A DNA stretch of 32,000 nucleotides, taken from contig CP104013.1 of the NCBI GenBank assembly GCA_025839675.1, positions 3,060,001-3,092,000 of the forward strand, given 5' to 3'. A program made the translations under genes and the position numbers. Of the stretch, positions 1 to 7,825 are shown piece after piece. The notes beneath the pieces are model-generated. The model worked only from the letters and a program-made list of their open reading frames with translations, ran no database searches and was not told where the DNA came from. Every line of letters starts with the position of its first letter. The stretch's first letter is position 1. This DNA comes from Candidatus Lokiarchaeum ossiferum (GTDB lineage: Archaea > Asgardarchaeota > Lokiarchaeia > Sigyniarchaeales > Promethearchaeaceae).

Positions 1-165
1 CTTAACGTAATCAGTTCCCGAGAGAATAGATTCTGCAAGAGCAATTGTTAGCACAGAATCATCTGTAAAAAAAGCTTCCGGATTAAATATTTCAAAATTG
101 GTTGTTTTAATATTATTCCATTCATATAGAGAGCCAACAATATCTCCAAAAATCGCTCCAATCAA
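1..165 (-). CDS. ADP-ribosylglycohydrolase family protein, N-terminal 55 codons only (gene continues off the left edge)
   Basis: Not in the ORF track. The minus-strand frame is open from TTG at 165 to position 1: (M)IGAIFGDIVGSLYEWNNIKTTNFEIFNPEAFFTDDSVLTIALAESILSGTDYVK. This fits the remembered N-terminal signature of ARH/DraG-like proteins (GAxxGDxxGS ... FTDDT/S). A GAGGGA SD-like motif lies 7 nt upstream of the TTG. Confidence 0.5.
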   Translation of the reverse strand, partial: MIGAIFGDIVGSLYEWNNIKTTNFEIFNPEAFFTDDSVLTIALAESILSGTDYVK

Positions 166-192
166 AATAAATCCCTCATATCATTAATTAGG

Positions 193-210
193 AAAAAAAG
201 CTTAAAAAAA
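193..210 (-). terminator. Two oligo-T tracts (T7, T7 on the minus strand) downstream of the kamE stop
   Basis: A-runs at 193-199 and 204-210 on the + strand, 18-35 nt after the kamE TAG (228-230). Oligo-T is the usual archaeal termination signal. Confidence 0.3.
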
Positions 211-227
211 GTTTGAATGTTAGCATT

Positions 228-1016
228 CTAAATTAAATTGCGTTTCACAATTTCTTCTACCATAAAAGAGGCAACTGCATCCGCGTACTTCCCAGGACCA
301 AATCCTGCATCAAATCCTAACTCCTTAGCAAGATCATTAGTTAAACGGGGACCTCCAGCAATTAAAACAACTTTATCTCGAATTCCTTCTGCTTCAATCA
401 ATTCCACAAGTTCAGTAAGGTTTTGAATATGAACCCCTTTTTGTGTGACTGTCTGGGATACTAACATAACATCTGCTTTCAACTCAATAGCCTTTCTAAT
501 AAATTCTTCATTAGGAACTTGAGCCCCAAGATTATAAGCATCAACCATAGAATAGCGTTCTAAGCCATAATGCCCCATATAACCTTTCATGTTCATGATT
601 GCATCAATTCCAACTGTGTGAGCATCAGTTCCAGTAGTAGCCCCTACAACAACTACATTTCGTTTGATATTATTTTTAATATATTCATCTGTTTCTTTCA
701 TGCTCATGGTTTCTACTTCAATAGCTTGAACTTTAATGGCATTATAATCAATAGAAGGAATAGCACTTCCATAGACAACGAAAAAGGTGAATTCCTTATC
801 CAATGCTTCGTGATAAACTACATCCGGTTCAAGGAACCCTAATTTCTCAGTATATTGTCGAGCAACTTCAACCGCTTTATCGCCATCTGGTATCGGTAAT
901 GTGAAACTTAACTGCACTTTACCATCGTTCATTGTATCCCCGTAGGGTTTTAACTTACTTAAATCGAGATGTGTATCAAAATTATGTTTTTTTGAAGAAT
1001 ATAATCCGCCACCCAT
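228..1016 (-). CDS. kamE: Lysine 5,6-aminomutase beta subunit (B12-binding)
   Basis: 262 aa. Cobalamin-binding DxHxxG motif (GTDAHTVGIDAI) in a Rossmann-type C-terminal domain. Its ATG directly abuts the kamD TAA. Synteny with kamD, kamA and kdd. Confidence 0.92.
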   Translation of the reverse strand: MGGGLYSSKKHNFDTHLDLSKLKPYGDTMNDGKVQLSFTLPIPDGDKAVEVARQYTEKLGFLEPDVVYHEALDKEFTFFVVYGSAIPSIDYNAIKVQAIEVETMSMKETDEYIKNNIKRNVVVVGATTGTDAHTVGIDAIMNMKGYMGHYGLERYSMVDAYNLGAQVPNEEFIRKAIELKADVMLVSQTVTQKGVHIQNLTELVELIEAEGIRDKVVLIAGGPRLTNDLAKELGFDAGFGPGKYADAVASFMVEEIVKRNLI

Positions 1017-2609
1017 TTAATTTTCGCCTCCAATATTCAATTCTCTAGCCATTTGTTCCATGAAAGGATTGAAATATTCCTTTTCGCGCAAAGCAACTCC
1101 ATCAAGACCTTTTCCACCATCAATGGGTCGTTTCACACCAGCAAATTTTCCTTGGGATAACGCTTCAAATAAACCTTGCAACTCAATCTCCTTAATTAAG
1201 GCGTTTGCTTCTGATAAAACTTTCTTGACGCGTTGTTCCATAATTCCCCCTTCTTTGAAAGAAATTTCTGAGCCCAAATCAGCCATATTATTAAAAATAT
1301 ACTTTGCATTCTCAATTGCTAAGGCGCGATCCTGCATAAATGGTGTGTGAATCGCTTCCGTTAACATACCTAAAAGACAAATTTTTTGATTGGTCATAAT
1401 TGTGATGGCATTAAACAAAGTATCTTGGATATGACCTTTGAAAATATTCCCTGTCATAAATTTTGTGGGAGGCATATACTTTAATGGTGCATTTGGAAAG
1501 ATTTCTCGAGCCATTTGGGCTTGAGCCAATTCGTAAAGAAAACCATTTTTTATGTTGGGGTTCATTTCAAAAGCATGACCTAACCCCATTTGATTTTCTT
1601 GAAGTCCAGCAAGTTTAGCAAATTGCTCATTGATAAATTGAGAGGTTAAGACAGTATGGGCTTCTTCGAAGGCATCGGAAGTAGTTAAGTAATTATCTTC
1701 TCCAGTATTAATTATTACACCTGCATAGGCATTAATCATACGTGAGAAATATTGATCGATCATAGTGCGTTTCATATTGATATCCCGAAAAAGAATACCA
1801 TATAAGGCATCATTTAACATCATATCTAGACGTTCAAAAGCACCCATTGCTGCAATTTCTGGCATACATAGTCCCGAACAATAATTAGTTAAGCGAATAT
1901 AGCGCCCTAATTCTTCCCCAGTTTCATCCAAAGCTTTTCGCATGATTCTAAAATTTTCTTGTGTAGCATATGTTCCACCAAATCCTTCAGTAGTTGCCCC
2001 ATATGGAACATAATCTAAGAGAGATTGTCCTGTAGTTCGGATAACTGCAATTACATCAGCACCTTGTTTAGCAGCGGCTTGAGCTTGAGTAATATCCTCA
2101 TAGATGTTTCCTGTCGCTACAATAACATAAATAAATGGTCCAGATTTATCTCCATATTTCTCAAGCATTTGATTCCTTTTAGAACGATTTTCTTTGATTA
2201 ATTCCAAGTTATGCTTAACTACATCTTGGATGGCTAACCTTATCTCGAAAGTATCATGGGGAGGCAATTTGGTTAAGTCTATTTCCTTTTGGCTTACTTT
2301 TTCAGCTATTTCTTGAGGAGATAATTTCGTTTCAAGCATTGCGTTTCCAATGAAATAAGCAGCACCAGTTCCTAATCCATTTCCTTGTTTGATATTTTCC
2401 ACCACAACATTTGGTAAAGGAACTTCAAAATCATTTATGCCATCAATGCCCATTAATCGACATACAGTCCGCTCAACGGACACAGTAGTATGTTGATCAA
2501 TGAAATTTTGCATTTCACTTGCGATTTTCCGGGCAGAATTTCGGGCTTCTTTCACAATTGCAAATTTTAGATGCAATTTACTGTCATTCTGAGTTGTCAT
2601 ATTGATCAT
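1017..2609 (-). CDS. kamD: Lysine 5,6-aminomutase alpha subunit
   Basis: 530 aa. Long blocks match my memory of Clostridium sticklandii KamD: YVIVATGNIYEDITQA, IRTTGQSLLDYVPYGATTEGFGGTYATQENFR, NYCSGLCMPEIAAMGA, LKYMPPTKFMTGNIFKGHIQD. ATG at 2609 (alternative ATG at 2600); the start overlaps the upstream gene's stop. Confidence 0.95.
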   Translation of the reverse strand: MINMTTQNDSKLHLKFAIVKEARNSARKIASEMQNFIDQHTTVSVERTVCRLMGIDGINDFEVPLPNVVVENIKQGNGLGTGAAYFIGNAMLETKLSPQEIAEKVSQKEIDLTKLPPHDTFEIRLAIQDVVKHNLELIKENRSKRNQMLEKYGDKSGPFIYVIVATGNIYEDITQAQAAAKQGADVIAVIRTTGQSLLDYVPYGATTEGFGGTYATQENFRIMRKALDETGEELGRYIRLTNYCSGLCMPEIAAMGAFERLDMMLNDALYGILFRDINMKRTMIDQYFSRMINAYAGVIINTGEDNYLTTSDAFEEAHTVLTSQFINEQFAKLAGLQENQMGLGHAFEMNPNIKNGFLYELAQAQMAREIFPNAPLKYMPPTKFMTGNIFKGHIQDTLFNAITIMTNQKICLLGMLTEAIHTPFMQDRALAIENAKYIFNNMADLGSEISFKEGGIMEQRVKKVLSEANALIKEIELQGLFEALSQGKFAGVKRPIDGGKGLDGVALREKEYFNPFMEQMARELNIGGEN

Positions 2610-4089
2610 TTTTTTCCATTTGATTGTATTGATTTTTCGCGTATTTTACAATGTTATCAGTTAATCCAAGCAAAATAGCTATATTAAGAGCATCCTTAGG
2701 AACAATGCTGTCATGTTGAACGCGTTCCAAACGATAATCCATATGTTCTTGAATAATTTGAATAGATGTATATTTTTGAGAGGATTGAAGGTCAATTTTG
2801 TGTTTTAGGGAAAGAAAATCGACATTTTTTAGTCCCATCACTTGATAATGTGCGAATTTTTTATTAGAAATACCTTCATAGTGTGTAGTTATAAGAGAAA
2901 TTGCATTTTGGGAGTTTAAATACTGGGTTAAAGCCTTGATTAAAATTGTTCCTTCTGACGGATTTGTTCCTCGGGCAAATTCATCCATTACTATGAAGGA
3001 AAATTTTTTGGGAAGAGAAGAAATTATTTGATTAACAGTAATTATCTCAGCTCCAAAAGTGGACAAACCTGCAGAAACATCTTGCATATCATCAGAAACA
3101 AAATATAGATTATCAAACAAGGGGATTTGAACAGATTTTGCAAATACAAAAAATCCATAATGAGCAAGCAGTACATTTAGGAAGAGAGTTTGCAAGGAAA
3201 CTGTTTTTCCTCCCATATTTGCGCCAGTGATAATCGTCACTCCCAAATCGAGATCAATTGATATCGGTGTAAATTGCTTTTCTGATTGATTTAAAATCGA
3301 TTGAACATAAGGATTTATAGATCTTTTAATTTTAATACCCTGATTTGAAGAAATCTGAGGTTTAACCCCCCCAAATTCTAAAGCAAGTTTCGCTTTGGAG
3401 ATCCAAAAATCAAAAAGTCCTAATTTGGTAATATTGTCCAAATATAGGGTAGTGTATTGCCGAAGTTGAAAGGAAAGGGATTTTTTAACATTAAGTTCTT
3501 CTTCGCGTTCTAATATCACTACATCTAATCGTTCTTCCTTAAGTTGTTTTATTAACTCCGAATCTTGCGTTTGAAAGATTTTAGTTTCAAGTGATCTCTT
3601 CCTTTCACGAATTTTCTGAAGGGAATCAGAATAAGAATCATAAAGATAAAAAGTAGGAATATTTGTCTGATTTGGATCTAATAAAGAAATTACTTGTTTA
3701 AAGGAAGTAAAATCCATTTCGGGTAGGGATAGGTGCAAACTTTGCACTTTCGAAGAAAAATCCTCAAAATCCATGGCAAATTTCTTTAATTCAAAAATCT
3801 CAACTTCATCCAATATTTTCGTTTCTTGAAGATTTAATAAGGATCGTCGGATATCTCTTAATTTTGGAAGAATATAGTCAATTTTTTTATGGATTGAACT
3901 ATTTTTTTGAATTGAACTACAAAGACATCCAATATTTGAAAGTTCTGTTATTAGAAGCTCCTTTTCAGAAGGGGAGAACCTCCGTAAATTATTTTTCAAT
4001 TCTTTCCCAAAGGGAGTTAAAGTATCCAGCTTGTTAAGAAGAAAAGTAAATCCAATAGTATCCAAATTCTCTTGAGTTAGCCCTATCAT
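2584..4089 (-). CDS. MutS-domain-V-type ATPase without a mismatch-recognition domain; putative aminomutase reactivase component
   Basis: Walker A GANMGGKTVSLQT, Walker B/MutS signature FIVMDEFARGTNPSEG, then TTHY. The track start at 4104 is TTG. The ATG at 4089 has GGAGGT 8 nt upstream and lies 1 nt after the upstream gene's TAA. The stop overlaps the kamD start by 26 nt. Confidence 0.8.
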   Translation of the reverse strand: MIGLTQENLDTIGFTFLLNKLDTLTPFGKELKNNLRRFSPSEKELLITELSNIGCLCSSIQKNSSIHKKIDYILPKLRDIRRSLLNLQETKILDEVEIFELKKFAMDFEDFSSKVQSLHLSLPEMDFTSFKQVISLLDPNQTNIPTFYLYDSYSDSLQKIRERKRSLETKIFQTQDSELIKQLKEERLDVVILEREEELNVKKSLSFQLRQYTTLYLDNITKLGLFDFWISKAKLALEFGGVKPQISSNQGIKIKRSINPYVQSILNQSEKQFTPISIDLDLGVTIITGANMGGKTVSLQTLFLNVLLAHYGFFVFAKSVQIPLFDNLYFVSDDMQDVSAGLSTFGAEIITVNQIISSLPKKFSFIVMDEFARGTNPSEGTILIKALTQYLNSQNAISLITTHYEGISNKKFAHYQVMGLKNVDFLSLKHKIDLQSSQKYTSIQIIQEHMDYRLERVQHDSIVPKDALNIAILLGLTDNIVKYAKNQYNQMEKNDQYDNSE

Positions 4090-4090
4090 T

Positions 4091-5149
4091 TTAATTACCT
4101 CCAACTAGATCAAAAATTGGTAGGGATATTTTACATCTTAAAGTCGAAAGGAATTGCTTCGGATCAAATTCATATCCAAGAGGTGAAAACGGATTAGCAG
4201 TTAGGCATAAAATCTTAATGGGGGAAAGAACTAAAATTTTACCTCCTGTTTTTTCATATTGATACAATATATCCTTTGATAAAAATAATTTTGTACCATC
4301 TGCCACCAACAGTGTAAATTCTTTATATAAAAGAGAGTTTTCCATTAATCTGATGAGCAAATTATCACTTACAGCACCTTTGATAACTAAATATTGCATA
4401 TCTTTGGATAAAGAATTGATTATCTCAAGTTCAGAATCTAAAGCAGTAGTCATCTGAAGATTTTTTACGATCTCATTCTTATCAATAATCCCAACTCGAG
4501 AGATCTGTTCAGTCAATTTCATAATATGGGGATTTTTTAACTTATCAAAGGAGAGCAATCTCACGGTATGAGCAGTCATTTCAGAAACGGCATCCATATT
4601 TCTTGAAAGACTCGCCCCAGTTGCGAGAATTGTGGCATCAGTGATTGAAGGGGCAGCAAACGTTTTCCGGCTTAAAGCACCATCCACTAAAACAAGTTCA
4701 CAGCCTAATTTAAGTAATTCATTACAGATTTGTGACAGATATTCGGTTTGCGAGGGACCAGCAATCTCAATATATCCATCACTTAAAGCTCGAACAATAA
4801 TGATTTCTCCCAGTGGAGTTCCAATACAAGTATTTGCAAGAATTTCTTTGGTGATATCACTTTGCTCTACACATTGTTTAGCAGTAGCGATAATTGTTCC
4901 TTTTTCAATATAAATACGGGGTTTAGCGGTAGCCGTAACAACATCTATGGTTTCTCCATCTCTTCCGATGGAAGTTAACCCTAATTTGTAACGGGTGCGT
5001 ATTCGTGAAATTATAAAATTCAGAGTGGTTGTTTTCCCCACATTTTTTTCCATACCAATTATTGAAACTGTTTGATAATGAACAAGCTGTTGGATTATTC
5101 GATCAACTTCAAAGTTTTCTAAGGTATTTCTTGAACTCATAGTTTTCAA
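4091..5149 (-). CDS. P-loop NTPase of unknown family, coupled to the MutS-like gene; putative aminomutase reactivase component
   Basis: 352 aa with an N-terminal Walker A (IIGMEKNVGKTTTLNF). The track start at 5149 is TTG; the first ATG is at 5140. It sits between kamA and the MutS-like gene, the arrangement I recall from bacterial lysine-fermentation clusters. Confidence 0.7.
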   Translation of the reverse strand: MKTMSSRNTLENFEVDRIIQQLVHYQTVSIIGMEKNVGKTTTLNFIISRIRTRYKLGLTSIGRDGETIDVVTATAKPRIYIEKGTIIATAKQCVEQSDITKEILANTCIGTPLGEIIIVRALSDGYIEIAGPSQTEYLSQICNELLKLGCELVLVDGALSRKTFAAPSITDATILATGASLSRNMDAVSEMTAHTVRLLSFDKLKNPHIMKLTEQISRVGIIDKNEIVKNLQMTTALDSELEIINSLSKDMQYLVIKGAVSDNLLIRLMENSLLYKEFTLLVADGTKLFLSKDILYQYEKTGGKILVLSPIKILCLTANPFSPLGYEFDPKQFLSTLRCKISLPIFDLVGGN

Positions 5150-5181
5150 TCCAACATTTCTAGGGGTATGGGGTGTTAGAT

Positions 5182-5191
5182 AAAAAAAAAA
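5182..5191 (-). terminator. T10 tract 8 nt downstream of the kamA stop
   Basis: A10 run on the + strand, immediately after the kamA TAA (5200-5202) and before the next gene's start. Confidence 0.35.
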
Positions 5192-5199
5192 GGATGAAT

Positions 5200-6468
5200 T
5201 TATTCCTTTTTGATATTTCGTTTGTGGCGTTCAAGATTTGCGGGTTCAATGGTAATGCCTTCCCCATGTTTTCCCTTACTATGAATAAGTCCTGCAACAC
5301 CTACGAGATGATTGTATTCTTCCTCATATTCATCATTCACAATTCCGGGTTTATAATTCTCTGGCTCATCATAGCGACAAATAACACCTTCATAATTACG
5401 TAGGATCACTTTTTGATTACTTTGCGAAATTACGTAATTGGGCATAACTGGAATTTTTCCCCCACCACCAGGTGCATCAACAATGTAAGTGGGAACGCAG
5501 AACCCAGAAGTATGCCCGCGTAAACCTTCCATAATTTCAATTCCCTTAGAGACAGTTGTCCTAAAATTGAGTAAACCTATTGATAAATCACATTGATACA
5601 CATAATATGGTCTAACACGTATTTTCACTAATTCATGCATCAATTTCTTCATGGTATAAACAGAATCATTTACTCCACGAAGCAATACAGATTGATTTCC
5701 AAGAGGAATTCCTGAATTTGCCAACATTGCACATGCTTGTTGAGATTCGGGAGTAATTTCATGAGGATGGTTAAAATGAGTGTTAAGCCATACCGGATGA
5801 TATTTTTTGATGATATTACATAATTCTGGGGTTATTCGTTGCGGCATCACTACGGGAACCCGTGATCCGATCCGAATGATTTCCACATGAGGAATTTCTC
5901 TCAGATTTTTAATAATATATTCCAAACGAGTATCAGAAACCAAGAGCGCATCCCCTCCCGAGAGCAGAACATCTCTAACTTTAGGATTATTTCGGATATA
6001 ATCTATCCCTTGATCAATTTGATCTTGTTTTAACTGTTTGTCATGGTGACCTGCAAATCTTCGGCGGGTACAATGACGGCAATACATAGAACATTGATCA
6101 GTAATTAAGAATAGCACACGGTCAGGATAACGGTGGGTTAACCCTGGTACGGGGGAATCGGTGTCCTCATGTAAAGGATCTTCAATATCAGCATCACATG
6201 AGTAAGTTTCGGCAATTGTTGGTACACTTTGAAGTTTAATTGGATCCATCGGATCATTAGGATCAATCAAAGATAAATAATAAGGAGTAATTGCCATTCT
6301 AAATTTTTCAACACAACCCCGAGCGCTTTCTTCTTCTTCCTTTGTCAATGGCAAAAATGTTTTTAGAGCCTCAACCGACTCAATACGATTCTTCACTTGC
6401 CATTTCCAATCGTTCCAGAGCTCATCTGAAACATCCCCAAACAATTCCGCTCTTCTATTGACTTTCAT
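5200..6468 (-). CDS. kamA: Lysine 2,3-aminomutase (radical SAM, PLP)
   Basis: 422 aa. Radical-SAM CxxxCxxC (CSMYCRHCTRRR). PVPGLTHRYPDRVLFLIT, YHPVWLNTHFNHP, VRPYYVYQCD and DAPGGGGK blocks are collinear with B. subtilis/Clostridium KamA as remembered. Confidence 0.95.
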   Translation of the reverse strand: MKVNRRAELFGDVSDELWNDWKWQVKNRIESVEALKTFLPLTKEEEESARGCVEKFRMAITPYYLSLIDPNDPMDPIKLQSVPTIAETYSCDADIEDPLHEDTDSPVPGLTHRYPDRVLFLITDQCSMYCRHCTRRRFAGHHDKQLKQDQIDQGIDYIRNNPKVRDVLLSGGDALLVSDTRLEYIIKNLREIPHVEIIRIGSRVPVVMPQRITPELCNIIKKYHPVWLNTHFNHPHEITPESQQACAMLANSGIPLGNQSVLLRGVNDSVYTMKKLMHELVKIRVRPYYVYQCDLSIGLLNFRTTVSKGIEIMEGLRGHTSGFCVPTYIVDAPGGGGKIPVMPNYVISQSNQKVILRNYEGVICRYDEPENYKPGIVNDEYEEEYNHLVGVAGLIHSKGKHGEGITIEPANLERHKRNIKKE

Positions 6469-6516
6469 TTTTTTTCAGCTGAAATATTTAATGAATAAAA
6501 AGTAAGTAATTTTGGT

Positions 6517-6525
6517 AAAAAAAAA
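6517..6525 (-). terminator. T9 tract between the kdd stop and the kamA start
   Basis: A9 run on the + strand, ~18 nt downstream of the kdd stop (6543). It may separate kdd and kamA transcripts or act as a partial terminator. Confidence 0.3.
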
Positions 6526-6542
6526 GGATTAGGATTTCGTTC

Positions 6543-7583
6543 TTATACATATTTTTCTTCAAACATTTTTCGAAGAATTGGGCTTTCACGGAGTATTTCG
6601 AGCGTGATTTCTGCGTGATCCTTGCAATATCCATTTCCAATGATCATATTAACATCCTTTCCAACACCTTCAGCACCTAAAGCCGCTTTAGTAAAGCTGG
6701 TTGCCATTGAGAAGAAATACACAATTCCATCATCTTTACATGGGAGGATACAAGACATTTCACAATCTGGAACATTTAAACAGTTGATTACAATATCAAC
6801 TTCTTCGCCGCCAGTTGCTTCCAATGTTTTTTCATAGATGTCGATAGGACTCTTGGCGTTAGCGATAACAGCTTTATGACAGAATCCATATTCCATCATA
6901 TATTTAGCACGATCTTCATTGCGAGCATTTCCCAAAATCAATCCCGTTGGACCTGCACGTTTTCGAGCTTCATAAGCACACATCATCCCAGATTTGCCCG
7001 TTGCACCTAGAATTAAAACTTTTTGACCAGGTTTAACTAATTTTGCAGTTTGAGCAGGAGCCCCAGCAACATCTAAAGCGGCTAAAGCAACAGCTTCACT
7101 GAAATCTTCTGGAATTTTAGAATATATTCCACTTTCAAATAAAATAGCTTTACCAGTAATGTCAGCTCGATCAATATTCATATTCAATTTGTGAATTTTA
7201 TCAATTCGGAGTGGAGTAAGGCTTAAACTAACCAATGTAGCGATTTTATCACCAACTTTTAAATCGATTTTCCCTTCTAAGTCTTTTCCAATTTTTTCAA
7301 CTTTTCCTAATAACATTCCACCACTGCCAGTGTCAGGATTTCGATGTTTGCCTTGCATTTCCACAATTTCAAACATTCTTGCTTTCATCTTTTCCTCATC
7401 AGCTCCACAGCTTTCTTTAATTTGGTGGAAACTTGCGGAATCAATATTTAACGATTGGACGTCAATGAGAATTTCGTTATCGTAAAGAACATCCATGTTG
7501 TTGTCGAGTTTATCACAATTTTGCGGAAGAGCACCTTTGGGTGCAATGACACGGTGTACACCGAATTTTGAACCTTGAACCAT
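6543..7583 (-). CDS. kdd: L-erythro-3,5-diaminohexanoate dehydrogenase
   Basis: NAD(P) Rossmann motif ILGATGKSG. The N-terminal block HRVIAPKGALPQ...YDNEILIDVQSLNIDSASF and NPDTGSGGML fit my memory of Kdd. Adjacent to kamA. The track start at 7676 is GTG; the ATG at 7583 has GGAG 9 nt upstream, so I prefer the 346-aa form. Confidence 0.85.
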   Translation of the reverse strand: MVQGSKFGVHRVIAPKGALPQNCDKLDNNMDVLYDNEILIDVQSLNIDSASFHQIKESCGADEEKMKARMFEIVEMQGKHRNPDTGSGGMLLGKVEKIGKDLEGKIDLKVGDKIATLVSLSLTPLRIDKIHKLNMNIDRADITGKAILFESGIYSKIPEDFSEAVALAALDVAGAPAQTAKLVKPGQKVLILGATGKSGMMCAYEARKRAGPTGLILGNARNEDRAKYMMEYGFCHKAVIANAKSPIDIYEKTLEATGGEEVDIVINCLNVPDCEMSCILPCKDDGIVYFFSMATSFTKAALGAEGVGKDVNMIIGNGYCKDHAEITLEILRESPILRKMFEEKYV

Positions 7584-7825
7584 TTTTTCTAACTCCAAAT
7601 AATTCTTCACTCTTTGAGGTAAGGAATCTAAAAAGTGAATCTTATGAGAATTAAGGTGATGATATATTAAAATCACTCAGAAGATAAGTTGGAAATTTTG
7701 TTGATTAATAATACATTATTCGTGATTTTTTGAAATAAGAATTTGCTTATTAATTTTGTCTACATTTAGAGTATTTTTCACAACTAAATTTGCGCATCTT
7801 TTCAAAAGGATAAAAAGGAAAAAAA

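Noticed and set aside
2584-4104. MutS-like gene as a DNA mismatch-repair protein.
   Set aside because: Only the ATPase core motifs are recognisable, and no mismatch-binding N-terminal region is seen. The gene is translationally coupled inside the lysine aminomutase operon, so a cofactor or enzyme reactivation role is more plausible.
5200-6468. kamA as ablA of the N-epsilon-acetyl-beta-lysine osmolyte pathway (typical in methanogenic archaea).
   Set aside because: No ablB-type acetyltransferase is adjacent. The gene is instead embedded with kdd and kamDE, the fermentative context.
7584-7676. 31-codon N-terminal extension of kdd given by the ORF track (MILIYHHLNSHKIHF...).
   Set aside because: The extension starts at a GTG without an SD. 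The downstream ATG at 7583 has GGAG 9 nt upstream and begins where similarity to Kdd proteins begins.
7677-7825. Short AT-only palindromes (AATAAT-ac-ATTATT, AATAAG-n6-CTTATT) in the kdd / pepD-like divergent region as operators.
   Set aside because: 6-bp A/T-only inverted repeats are expected by chance in DNA of this composition, so the evidence is insufficient to call them.
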